Source: Candidatus Micrarchaeia archaeon (GTDB lineage: Archaea; Micrarchaeota; Micrarchaeia; Burarchaeales; JAVZCV01). From it: a DNA stretch of 64,000 nt. The stretch's first letter is position 1. Every line of letters starts with the position of its first letter. This document shows positions 9,713 through 19,010 of the stretch, in pieces. A program made the position numbers and the translations under genes. The stretch is taken from positions 1 to 64,000 of the forward strand of contig JAVZCV010000002.1 in assembly GCA_038874215.1 (NCBI GenBank), read 5' to 3'. The notes below the pieces were generated by a model. That model was not told where the DNA came from. It was given only the letters and a program-made list of their open reading frames with translations, and did no database searches.

Positions 9713-10153
9713 ATGGGTCTGAGCACGGTAGCAACATTCGCACTTTTTGCACTCGCCTTAATCTCTATCGTACTTGTCTCCTACGCCATAATCAACGAAT
9801 CTGCTAAGACAACCGTTGAAGCGATACGGGAGGAGCACAATCTTTTTAGGCTACGGCAGGCAACAAGCATAAAAATAAATAACATAAGCGTTAGCGGTAT
9901 TTGCACAAACTATAATCTCACCATATCCGCTACGAATATGGGCAGCATAGCGCTTGACAGGGCTAAGATGAACATACTTGATAACGGTGTTCTTATAAAC
10001 AACACTATGAGGGGAGCGTGGGCACCAGGAAGTGATATATATCTCAACTACACAGAGATGAGTACTATGGCAAGCAACCACACAATAAAAATAGTCACAG
10101 AAAATGGCGTTTCGGCAATCGGAAAGTATAACCTAACCGATTGCGAGATATAG
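9713..10153 (+). CDS. flaF: Archaellum stator protein ArlF/FlaF
   Basis: MGLSTVAT + TM; N.GS, G.WAPG and KIVTENG motifs; precedes arlG. Confidence 0.82.
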   Translation: MGLSTVATFALFALALISIVLVSYAIINESAKTTVEAIREEHNLFRLRQATSIKINNISVSGICTNYNLTISATNMGSIALDRAKMNILDNGVLINNTMRGAWAPGSDIYLNYTEMSTMASNHTIKIVTENGVSAIGKYNLTDCEI

Positions 10154-10161
10154 GTGAAAAT

Positions 10162-10626
10162 TTGGGGTTTGACACGTCCTTCACGCATGCCATGTTTTTC
10201 ATAGCGTCAATAGTTGTCGCAATCGCGGTTATATCTGTTCTGTCAACATCTATAAACACTATTAACAATAGCATAACAGTTCGTACCAACACTTTGGCTG
10301 CCCAGATAAGGACTGACATAACCATAATAAACGATCCCTGCTTTGTGAACCGTTCTATTTTTGTCAAGAATACTGGTAAAACAATATTGAACGCAAAGCT
10401 TGTAGACATATACGTTGATGGGAACTACACCCAGTATGATGCAGTAAGCATTCTGCGGAGTCCTACTGGTGTATGGGAGCCCTACAACGAAAGCAATGGA
10501 TGGCGCCCGCAAGAGGTCGTGAATTTCTCTTTTTCGTATCCATTGCCTGCTGGAACGCATACGCTGTTCGTGAGAACGGAAAATGGCGTATACGATAAAA
10601 TGCTATATACGAACGAGACATGCTAG
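10162..10626 (+). CDS. flaG: Archaellum stator protein ArlG/FlaG
   Basis: TTG start after AGGTGA RBS; THAMFFIASIVVA, IRTDITIINDP, FVKNTG, W.P.E motifs. Confidence 0.88.
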   Translation: MGFDTSFTHAMFFIASIVVAIAVISVLSTSINTINNSITVRTNTLAAQIRTDITIINDPCFVNRSIFVKNTGKTILNAKLVDIYVDGNYTQYDAVSILRSPTGVWEPYNESNGWRPQEVVNFSFSYPLPAGTHTLFVRTENGVYDKMLYTNETC

Positions 10627-10671
10627 ATGCGCACACCAACATTAAAAAACAACTAAAAGAAACAATATACC

Positions 10672-11109
10672 ATGAGAGCACAGGTTTCCTTTGAATACAT
10701 TTCGCTTTTCACGCTCCTACTTATTCCACTCGCAGTCGCTTTCCTCTATTCTTATGCCGCTGTTTTCCAAGCAACATCCGCTTACAAAATAGAAACAAGC
10801 CTTGATAAGCTTGCCCAAAATGCAGAAGAACTGTATGTGCAGGGGCCAGGCGCCAAATCCATAGTAACAATAGACCTGCCTAGCGGCATAAATGCCCATG
10901 GTTCATTTATAGGGAATTCTTCGGGCGGACCGGGTCGCTACATTATGCTTAATTTCTCGGGTTCAAATGCCGTGAGAATTACCCGCGCAACCGTCCAAGG
11001 ATACTGGCCAAATACTACGGGTGGCTATGTTCGACCAGGCATACTGCAGATGAACCTAACCGTTGATAATAACAACATTGTTATTATGAGACCGTTGAGG
11101 AGTGGTTAA
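10672..11109 (+). CDS. Class III signal peptide (type IV pilin-like) protein
   Basis: MRA|QVSFEY plus hydrophobic helix; LYVQGPGAK motif typical of archaeal minor pilin-like proteins. Confidence 0.8.
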   Translation: MRAQVSFEYISLFTLLLIPLAVAFLYSYAAVFQATSAYKIETSLDKLAQNAEELYVQGPGAKSIVTIDLPSGINAHGSFIGNSSGGPGRYIMLNFSGSNAVRITRATVQGYWPNTTGGYVRPGILQMNLTVDNNNIVIMRPLRSG

Positions 11110-11490
11110 ATGCGGAGAGGACAGGTTGGTACCGAATACATAGCCGCATTTACTCTTTGGGTGATGGTGTGCGTAATAATAAGCTACACCCTCTCTTCGT
11201 ATTCCCTTAGCTTAAAGGAAAGTAGGGATACGAATGCCCGCAACACGATTCTTGGGCATTTTTTTTCTCTTGCCGATGATGCAACAGAACCCTCAACAAA
11301 AATCTCTGGCATTTTTTTAGAAGACTACAACATAACCTTCTTTGGTAATATTGGCAGCCTCTCTTCACGAAATAAGACCACACTCGGCTACACAACGGCA
11401 AATTTTACGTATTCTGACACAATAGGGCGTGGCGATACTTTCCTAATCAAAAATGTCAACGGCACATTTCTCCTAATAAAAGAAGAATGA
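11110..11490 (+). CDS. Class III signal peptide (type IV pilin-like) protein
   Basis: MRRG|QVGTEY plus hydrophobic helix. Confidence 0.75.
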   Translation: MRRGQVGTEYIAAFTLWVMVCVIISYTLSSYSLSLKESRDTNARNTILGHFFSLADDATEPSTKISGIFLEDYNITFFGNIGSLSSRNKTTLGYTTANFTYSDTIGRGDTFLIKNVNGTFLLIKEE

Positions 11491-11497
11491 TGGTGTT

Positions 11498-11989
11498 ATG
11501 AAACGAGCGCAGATTGCCACTCTTGACATGCTGCTTGCGATTACGGTACTTCTACTCATCGTTTTTTCCTTCATCATGTTTCTTATTGTTGAGATGCATG
11601 AGAAAGATAAAAAAAGCCATGCAGATTCCGAAAGAATCCTTTCAGCATTGGTTGGAAGCTCTGGCAAACCGTCAAACTGGACGAGCACCCACTTCATAAT
11701 CCCGGGGCTGAAATGCGGGCAAGGCGTCGTTTGCGCAAATAAAATCAAAGAGCTCAATAATTCATGCGGTTCCTCATCGCAATCCGGCTATGTTTCTGTT
11801 AAAAAAAGCCTCGGCATACCCACACAATACTACCTGATAGGATACTATGCCAGCAATTCAGAAAGATGCCTGTGTGGTTGCGATCTTTCAGAAAGAAGAA
11901 ATACTGCATTGGAAGTTTCAAAATCAAGCCTCCTCGTTTCATTGGACAATAATATAACACGTCTCTCAATCTATTTATGGAACAGATGA
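11498..11989 (+). CDS. Class III signal peptide (type IV pilin-like) protein
   Basis: MKRA|QIATLD plus hydrophobic helix; SSGKPSNW motif; several Cys. Confidence 0.75.
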   Translation: MKRAQIATLDMLLAITVLLLIVFSFIMFLIVEMHEKDKKSHADSERILSALVGSSGKPSNWTSTHFIIPGLKCGQGVVCANKIKELNNSCGSSSQSGYVSVKKSLGIPTQYYLIGYYASNSERCLCGCDLSERRNTALEVSKSSLLVSLDNNITRLSIYLWNR

Positions 11990-13663
11990 CTAAACTATTG
12001 TGGGTGCTGGCAGAACTGCTGCAAGCATCAAGTCTACAATCACTGCGGTTATCGCCCCCGTCCACGTCAGACCCACGAAATGAAGAAGCGAGTTTGTCAG
12101 GTGTCCGCCATCTATTAATCTTATGGCAACCGCCGAGAGTAGCGCATTAGCAAGCAGTATTATGAGCAGAAGAAGAGATATAACCTCAAGAGTATGGCTC
12201 TTTGGCAGCATTATCAGGCTCGTGAAAACTGACTCTGGTATCTCCATGCTCGTGTATAATTTATTTAGGTAAACCAATATGCCATTTGATACGTATATGC
12301 AGAAGATTACGCCTGCCTGCAACCCATACATTATCCCTATGAAGCTCGTTGTGGCGTGATAACGCTCACGCCTTAACATCTGTAATTTCATGAAATTTCT
12401 GCCTATCATCTGAGCTACTGCGTTTGGTTTTCCACCAAGCCCTATCGCCTCAATAAACATCTCGCTAAACCTGCTTATCAGATAGCTGCCTGCCTCTATT
12501 CTAAAAAAATGCCATGCTTGGAAAACATCTATATTCGTCTTGATACGCTCAAACAAGTTTTTTATTATCGGCGTTAAAGGCCCGAAGTCATGATAAGCCA
12601 AAGATTTGAGAGCACCGCGCATAACTCCGCCGCGTGCAGCCGTTTCAAGCCCAAGCGAAATTATGAATTCAACGAAAAACATGTCCCTGCGTTTTATTAA
12701 TTCCTCTATACTCCTTGCAACATAACCGACACCAACAAGCGGCGTTATTGTCAGCGCAGCCATTATCGGTGCTGGCAGTCCCCTCCAATATGTGTTGATA
12801 ATGAGCGATACAAAAACTATCCCCACAAGAGATACCGCAAAGGCAGGAAGAATCTGCCTCCTCATCTCGTTGTTTGCGTATTCGGTGTACCATATTCTAT
12901 CTTCTGGCAATATACTCTTTATATAATAAACAACCCCCAACTCTGCAACAGCATAGAGAATCATAACGAAACCTATTAGGACTGTGGGGTCAGTACCGCT
13001 TATATACGGAATTACGATTGCAAACGAAACGAGAAAAACAAGCGTTATCACCATAGATGTATAAACCTCTTTCAATACATCAACATCATAGAGCGCACCA
13101 CGGTATCTTATTGAATAATCGCTTAGGACGATCTCCTGCTCCTCGCCAAGGAAAACTTCTATGTTCTCCCCAGCTTCCAATGCGTTTGCAAACCTATCCA
13201 GAAAATCTGCAAATATTATACTCGGGGTTTGCCTTGCCTCTATCCTGCACGCATCTGCGAGTGTCGTCCTCCATACAGAGAAGCGCAGGTATATGTTCCT
13301 GCACGAATCAGCAAGAGCGCCGTACTCCTTTCTAGCTGCCATAACTCTAAAAAGCTCCCCCGTTGGTACCTCACATGTAGAAAGTGCACCCATCTGCGTT
13401 ACAAAAAAATGTATGTTGTTTTCAATCTCCGTCTTAACATTTTCTGCCAAAAGATAAGGGTAGACAAGCACAAGCGCCACTACGAGAAAAGGAAAAGCAA
13501 AAAGGAAGACGAGAAAAATGCCCGTGAAAAGTTGTGGGACAAGAAAATAAACCACTACTGAAGTTAGAAGAGATAAAACAAAAATAGGCAAAACAACCTG
13601 TGTGAGGTAGTCATAAAGGGTATACCCAACATTTTTCACAAGGTCGGCATACCCCTCTACCAT
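11990..13663 (-). CDS. flaJ: Archaellum platform protein ArlJ/FlaJ
   Basis: 557 aa, two T2SSF halves, FADFLDRFA..GE and DFGPLT motifs; directly downstream of arlI. Confidence 0.95.
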   Translation of the reverse strand: MVEGYADLVKNVGYTLYDYLTQVVLPIFVLSLLTSVVVYFLVPQLFTGIFLVFLFAFPFLVVALVLVYPYLLAENVKTEIENNIHFFVTQMGALSTCEVPTGELFRVMAARKEYGALADSCRNIYLRFSVWRTTLADACRIEARQTPSIIFADFLDRFANALEAGENIEVFLGEEQEIVLSDYSIRYRGALYDVDVLKEVYTSMVITLVFLVSFAIVIPYISGTDPTVLIGFVMILYAVAELGVVYYIKSILPEDRIWYTEYANNEMRRQILPAFAVSLVGIVFVSLIINTYWRGLPAPIMAALTITPLVGVGYVARSIEELIKRRDMFFVEFIISLGLETAARGGVMRGALKSLAYHDFGPLTPIIKNLFERIKTNIDVFQAWHFFRIEAGSYLISRFSEMFIEAIGLGGKPNAVAQMIGRNFMKLQMLRRERYHATTSFIGIMYGLQAGVIFCIYVSNGILVYLNKLYTSMEIPESVFTSLIMLPKSHTLEVISLLLLIILLANALLSAVAIRLIDGGHLTNSLLHFVGLTWTGAITAVIVDLMLAAVLPAPTIV

Positions 13664-13665
13664 CT

Positions 13666-15267
13666 CTACACCGTTGGGAGGGAGTCAATACCCTCTTCAT
13701 AGTATCTCACAAACATTTTGAGAACACTGTCGTAGTCAAATATTTTCTTTGCATACATTGCATCAAGCACTCTTTTTCTCTTCTCAAGTTCTATGTAAAC
13801 CATTCTCTTCTCAGCATAACCCGCCATCGGGGCTATTTTCTCTTCAAGTATGTAGCTGTTGTGCAGTCCAAGGAACCTATGTTCATCCCTGCTTCCATCC
13901 CATTCAAACATCTGCTTCGTTATAACACCCCCCGCCTCCTCCGAATAGCCCTCTATTTCCTCTATTGAAATACACCTTCTCTGGAACCTGCCTTTTATAT
14001 AAACTGCCTGCAGGATTGCAACAACATGCAGGTTATCCATAAAAGTTATTGGTATGTTAATAGGATTGCCAACAAGCCTCTGTATAAGTCTCCTGACGCT
14101 TCCTGCATGGAATGTGGCAAGAACAGAGTGGCCTGTTTGCATCGCTTGAAATGCGACAGAGCCTTCAACACCCCTTATTTCCCCAACAATTATGTAATTG
14201 GGCCTTGAACGCAGGGCTGCTTTTAATATAGAGAACATATCGACTCTTGATTCTTCTGGTCCTGTAGTCCTCGTTACAAGCCTCTGCCATATTTTATGCG
14301 GCGGCCTAACCTCTGGCGTATCCTCAGCGCTCAATATCTTCAAGTCTGGTCTTATCATTGGTAAACATGCGTTAAGAAATGTAGTCTTGCCGCTTGCCGT
14401 TTCTCCTGAGAAGAATATATTCATGCCGTACTCTAAGCATATCCATAGGTATGCTGCCATCTCAGTGCTTATTGTACCAAGCTTTACCAAGTCCATTATG
14501 CTCATTGGGACTGCGGCAAATTTCCTAACCGTAAAACTCGGGCCTCTTATGCTTATATCATCAGCATATATTATGTTTATCCTGCTTCCATCAGGAAGCA
14601 CGGAGTCCGCTATCGGCCTTGCAACACTGACAGGATGCCCTATTCTCTCGCTCAGGTTGCGGAGATATTCCCCAAGGTATTGGAGATTATCAAACTTAAG
14701 GTTTGTTATAAGCGGGCCGAATATCTTATGCACCACGCCTATCTCGTTCGTGCCAACTACGTGTATGTCTTCAAGGTTCCAGTCATCTACAAGTGGTTGT
14801 ATAAGCGCATGCCCTATTATGTCTCTTTTCAGCTGATAAATAAACTTCACGTACTCTTCATCTGTTACATAAACCTTCTTCGTTCCCCAGTCTCTAAAAG
14901 TCAGCCTTGTGCGCTTAACGCTTTTTTCATATAGCCTTAAAAGAGTCTTTTCAAGTTCTTTCTCGTCCTCAGGAACTTCCTCTCTCGGTGCATTCTCAAG
15001 TATTGCATTCAGAATGCGTCCATACTTCGTTCTCTCAGCTTGTGTTAGTTGGGGTTGTATAACCTCATATCTTCTAATGTGTTTATCTATAAAAATATGA
15101 ACGAAAACATGTTCGCCCGCAGGATATATTATATTAACGAACGGTTCGTCCCCAAGCTCTCTCGTGAGCCTCTCGTAAAACCTCGGAATGCGCCCCGTCT
15201 CCTTCTTCAACCTATCAATATACTGCCGCAGGTGTGGCTCCTTTTTTATTGCCTCATCAAATTCCAC
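13666..15267 (-). CDS. flaI: Archaellum motor ATPase ArlI/FlaI
   Basis: GTG start after AGGTG RBS; Walker A GETASGKTT, ALRSRPNYIIVGEIRG, TGHSVLATFHA; N-terminal PHLRQY. Confidence 0.95.
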   Translation of the reverse strand: MEFDEAIKKEPHLRQYIDRLKKETGRIPRFYERLTRELGDEPFVNIIYPAGEHVFVHIFIDKHIRRYEVIQPQLTQAERTKYGRILNAILENAPREEVPEDEKELEKTLLRLYEKSVKRTRLTFRDWGTKKVYVTDEEYVKFIYQLKRDIIGHALIQPLVDDWNLEDIHVVGTNEIGVVHKIFGPLITNLKFDNLQYLGEYLRNLSERIGHPVSVARPIADSVLPDGSRINIIYADDISIRGPSFTVRKFAAVPMSIMDLVKLGTISTEMAAYLWICLEYGMNIFFSGETASGKTTFLNACLPMIRPDLKILSAEDTPEVRPPHKIWQRLVTRTTGPEESRVDMFSILKAALRSRPNYIIVGEIRGVEGSVAFQAMQTGHSVLATFHAGSVRRLIQRLVGNPINIPITFMDNLHVVAILQAVYIKGRFQRRCISIEEIEGYSEEAGGVITKQMFEWDGSRDEHRFLGLHNSYILEEKIAPMAGYAEKRMVYIELEKRKRVLDAMYAKKIFDYDSVLKMFVRYYEEGIDSLPTV

Positions 15268-15275
15268 AACCCCAC

Positions 15276-16154
15276 CTAAACATACGAGATGCTGTCCTCG
15301 CATTCATAATGCATTACCGTAATGCCCTTCAAATCCCTTTCAAGTTTCTCTGCGAGGTTTTGCATTATCAGTCTTTCAAGCCTGCTTCTCTCTATATCTA
15401 TTAGTGAGATGCCAAGATCATCTGCATAGCGTGCCACCGTCTCCGTCATCTCAGAAGAAACAACAACCTGCGCCCCTTTCAGATACATCTCTTCTATAAC
15501 ATCAATATACTTCAGCCCTGGTCCTATGAAGCACCCAACCTTTGTAATGGGCTTGCTTGATTCTACATCGCCCGTTATTCTAATGACATCGCACAAATAC
15601 GAAGTTTTTAGCGTGCTTACTATATTCCCTAGCGTTGTTTCCGCAATTTCCCCAATTCTACCGCATTTGAATTTTTCAACAACGTGCATACCAAGCACCT
15701 TAGCCAAAGCATCCGCAGTGCCCCCCTCAGCATCATCCAGATTTGAGTGCATAACATAAACACACACATCTTTTGCTGCGAGCCTCTTAATCCTCTTCGC
15801 ATTTGGGGGTTTTTCAAAAAATGAAATGCCAGGGAAAATCGCCCTCTTTTCTTCAAAAAACGGGTATTCATGAAGAACGAACATATCTATGTCTGCTTCC
15901 ACTTCCTCTGGCGTCTTTTTTCTTAGAGCAAAACGTGCATGCAAAGGGCTTATCTTTCTGGGCTTTATCTCCTGCGTTACTTCAAGAAGGTTTGCCTGCT
16001 CCATTACATAATCTGTTATTGCCCAAGCAACTCCCACCTTTTTGACTACCTTGTTAGGGTCGCCGAAAACAAGGCCTACCGGGTCGTCCTCAAACGCCAA
16101 TGATAGTGGTGCTATCTTCTCAAGTCGCCCAACTATCTCCGATGCTAGCATCAA
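15276..16154 (-). CDS. NIF3/DUF34-family dinuclear metal-centre protein (divergent)
   Basis: LEKIAPL.LA..DD.VGL..G and HSNLD..EGG motifs. Confidence 0.8.
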   Translation of the reverse strand: MMLASEIVGRLEKIAPLSLAFEDDPVGLVFGDPNKVVKKVGVAWAITDYVMEQANLLEVTQEIKPRKISPLHARFALRKKTPEEVEADIDMFVLHEYPFFEEKRAIFPGISFFEKPPNAKRIKRLAAKDVCVYVMHSNLDDAEGGTADALAKVLGMHVVEKFKCGRIGEIAETTLGNIVSTLKTSYLCDVIRITGDVESSKPITKVGCFIGPGLKYIDVIEEMYLKGAQVVVSSEMTETVARYADDLGISLIDIERSRLERLIMQNLAEKLERDLKGITVMHYECEDSISYV

Positions 16155-16254
16155 ATCACTCTCTTCTCACCATTATATACCTGCCTTTAATTTTAAACCT
16201 ATTGTATGTTGAAACAACAAATCTATTTTAAGGTGTTATGAGAAAGGTCTTTTC

Positions 16255-16941
16255 ATGAGAAAAAAAATAGCATTCATGCTCGCTGTTTTTTTATTCATGT
16301 CCGTATCAGCGGCAGAAGTAAAACTATCAAATACTAGGATAGTCTGTTGCGATAGATGGACATCTCTGGTGAACGTCAGCGAAGATGCCAAACCCCTGCG
16401 TGCGCGGGTTATGCTTGTTGCCCTATCCCCCACAGAAATCCGCCTCAATGCTACTTTCTTCACAGACTCTAATGGCATCGCACAGGTTTCATATACCCCG
16501 TCTGCGCCAGGCGAGATTGTTTTAATAAAAGTTTACAAAAATGAGAGTCCTATCTATGAGGCCTTTATTGAGGTTTCTTCAAACCCAAACCAGACCCCCA
16601 AGACCATTTTAGGCATTCCATTAGAAATTTTTCCGTTTGACGTTATAGCGCTTATCTACAATCTTTCATTAATAACGATTGTCCTATCAGCATTCTTACT
16701 GGTTCTACTTTTTGTCCACGTATACTACAAGCGTCGGGGGATAGATTTGTTTGATATTTTTAGGCGAAAAATATCCCTGCTCCTATTCTGGATTAAAGGA
16801 AGATTGCTTCCAATCTACGCCACGTTTAAAAAACTCGGCAAAAAACAAGAACAAGACCTAAGCTCCATTAGAATGCGCAGGGCAGTTCTTTCAACTAAGC
16901 AAGAAAAGAAAATAGGTGGGAACACAGGCAAAAACCCCTAA
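16255..16941 (+). CDS. Hypothetical membrane protein (signal peptide, Ig-like domain, TM, basic tail) upstream of arlH
   Basis: 228-aa ORF; TDSNGIA Ig-like motif; long hydrophobic helix. Confidence 0.65.
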   Translation: MRKKIAFMLAVFLFMSVSAAEVKLSNTRIVCCDRWTSLVNVSEDAKPLRARVMLVALSPTEIRLNATFFTDSNGIAQVSYTPSAPGEIVLIKVYKNESPIYEAFIEVSSNPNQTPKTILGIPLEIFPFDVIALIYNLSLITIVLSAFLLVLLFVHVYYKRRGIDLFDIFRRKISLLLFWIKGRLLPIYATFKKLGKKQEQDLSSIRMRRAVLSTKQEKKIGGNTGKNP

Positions 16942-16976
16942 GCAATATGCTTTAATATCATATTCTATATTCTTTT

Positions 16977-17672
16977 ATGGCACTTCCGCTTTCATTTAAG
17001 ATAGAAGTTGACGATTTGGACAAGCGCCTTGGAGGCGGAATACCAAAAGGTTCGCTTGTGCTGATAGACGGCGAGCACGGGACTGGCAAGAGCGTTTTAG
17101 TCCAGAGGCTTGCATACGGATTTCTCCAAAATGGGTACTCCGTTACTTTTATCTCAACACAACTCACAACCAAGGATTTCATAAGCCAGATGTATTCACT
17201 TGGCTATGATATTCTGAAATACCTCTCAAAAAACAAACTGCTCTTCATCTCTGTTTTTCCACTTTTGGGCGAGCACAAAAAAGAAGACGTCTTCTTTAAA
17301 AAGCTCGTAGAAACGCAGGAACTTTACAAAAACGACATCATTTTCATAGATACGCTCTCCTCAATAATACGATACTCCTTGGATTTGGGAAAAATAGACG
17401 ATTTAATCGGTTTCTTTAAAAGGCTGACGGGCATAGGTAAAACCATATTCGTAACGCTCGGAGAAGGAGACCTTGACTCCATGATAGTGGGCGAACTCGT
17501 ATCAAGTGCTGACATCCACATAACCATGAAGGCGAAAACATTCGGCGAGGATATAAAGCACATGCTCGTGATTAACAAGTATGCAGGAGCCCTTCAGCCA
17601 TACAGCACAATGACTGGCTTCCGCATAGTCCCGAAAATAGGTTTCGTAATAGAAATCGCAACAGTTGCTTAA
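16977..17672 (+). CDS. flaH: Archaellum KaiC-like ATPase ArlH/FlaH
   Basis: LDKRLGGGIP, Walker A GEHGTGKS, FISQMYSLGY, C-terminal FRIVPKIGFVIEI. Confidence 0.93.
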   Translation: MALPLSFKIEVDDLDKRLGGGIPKGSLVLIDGEHGTGKSVLVQRLAYGFLQNGYSVTFISTQLTTKDFISQMYSLGYDILKYLSKNKLLFISVFPLLGEHKKEDVFFKKLVETQELYKNDIIFIDTLSSIIRYSLDLGKIDDLIGFFKRLTGIGKTIFVTLGEGDLDSMIVGELVSSADIHITMKAKTFGEDIKHMLVINKYAGALQPYSTMTGFRIVPKIGFVIEIATVA

Positions 17673-17688
17673 TCGCTGCAAAATCAGC

Positions 17689-17704
17689 GAAACATTTATA
17701 AATA
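17689..17704 (+). promoter_or_regulatory. Putative BRE/TATA promoter for the pilin-arlB3 pair
   Basis: gaaacatttataaata upstream of 17797. Confidence 0.45.
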
Positions 17705-17796
17705 GCCTAATAGAAATAAAAACTGCCACGTGTGGGAGCAAGGCGACGAATTATGGCAATAAGCATCCTACTCGTAGGTATATAGGAGGTGCAGCA

Positions 17797-18387
17797 ATGT
17801 CCGAGAAAAAAGGCCAAGGTGCTTTTGAATACCTTATGAGCTATGGTTGGGCTATCCTTATCGTGATCGTGCTCGGTATAGTGCTCTGGAACCTTGGTGT
17901 TTTCAACCCAAACACAACCCCAGAAGCAAGCGGCTTCACTATCCTCAGACCAGGAACATGGGAGTTCACAGGAGCAGCATCGCAAACGGGCTGGGCAGAA
18001 GCAGAAGGTGACACTTCGGTGACATATGTTGCAATCGCATTCCAGAATGTGGCAGGAATAGACTTGATACTTAGAGTTAATGAAACCAATTCTTCTATAC
18101 AATTCAAAAAACCAGGTTCTGGAATATGTCAATTTCATACAAATCCAGGTTCAGATATTTTTGTGAACGCTACGGATGAACAGGGGAATAGGCTTGTAAT
18201 AACCGACAACTCAGTCGCTGTGCCTGCAGGCTCCACAGTAATACTACGAGGATGGCTTAAAAGCGATCAGGGGGGTTGTGGGGGATTAAGCAAAGGTCCT
18301 TATAGGTATTCGGTGATTACCGTTTCAACAGATGCATTTAACATCTCTCATACGGATACAGGCTTCATAACTGGGAGGTATACCTAA
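17797..18387 (+). CDS. Class III signal peptide type IV pilin (DPANN-type, candidate major pilin)
   Basis: GGAGGTG RBS; KKG|QGAFEYLMSYGWAILIVIV signature. Confidence 0.88.
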   Translation: MSEKKGQGAFEYLMSYGWAILIVIVLGIVLWNLGVFNPNTTPEASGFTILRPGTWEFTGAASQTGWAEAEGDTSVTYVAIAFQNVAGIDLILRVNETNSSIQFKKPGSGICQFHTNPGSDIFVNATDEQGNRLVITDNSVAVPAGSTVILRGWLKSDQGGCGGLSKGPYRYSVITVSTDAFNISHTDTGFITGRYT

Positions 18388-18410
18388 TAAAATTTTAAGA
18401 GGTGCTACGC

Positions 18411-19010
18411 ATGAGATTTGATAAAAATACCAAACGTGGTGCGGTTGGTATCGGAACTCTGATAATCTTCATAGCGATGGTCCTTGTGGCCGCAATCGCC
18501 GCAGCCGTTTTGATAAACGTTTCTGGCATACTGCAACAAAGGGCGATGACGACGGGCAAAGAGTCAATAGCGCAGGTTTCATCCAACCTGATAGTAACAG
18601 GCATAACGGGCTATACTGATGATAACAGAACAAACATAGAGAACATAAGTATCTATATAACTGCGGCATCTGGTGCGGGGAGGCTTGACCTACGTTATCT
18701 CATAATGAAAGTAGGCAACAACATTAACGAGACACCGCAACGCTACTCAAATGTCTCATCGGGTGATAGCAATTTCACTGCGCAAGTGCTCAGAGATCCT
18801 GCAAACTTATTCACACCGAATAACCCGGTGATAGACTCTACATCTTTAATAGAGCTTAAAATAATACCAAGCAACGATACAACTTTTGTTTCCTTGCCCC
18901 CACGGTCTCCGTTTCACATAGAGCTTATCCCAGAAAGGGGCGCACCACTCGTGATAGATACGATGACACCAAGCACTTATGCAACCAACATTCAACACCT
19001 CTACCCATAG
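18411..19010 (+). CDS. flaB: Archaellin ArlB/FlaB (copy 3)
   Basis: [38 protein letters not shown]. Confidence 0.97.
   Translation: MRFDKNTKRGAVGIGTLIIFIAMVLVAAIAAAVLINVSGILQQRAMTTGKESIAQVSSNLIVTGITGYTDDNRTNIENISIYITAASGAGRLDLRYLIMKVGNNINETPQRYSNVSSGDSNFTAQVLRDPANLFTPNNPVIDSTSLIELKIIPSNDTTFVSLPPRSPFHIELIPERGAPLVIDTMTPSTYATNIQHLYP

Noticed and set aside
17665-17796. N-terminal extension of the pilin ORF
   Set aside because: A GGAGGTG RBS and class III signal place the start at 17797; the extension spans the likely promoter
7096-18538. arlB and adhesin repeats as a DGR template/variable pair or CRISPR repeats
   Set aside because: No adenine-specific mismatches, no reverse transcriptase, no regular repeat-spacer array; all copies lie within coding sequence
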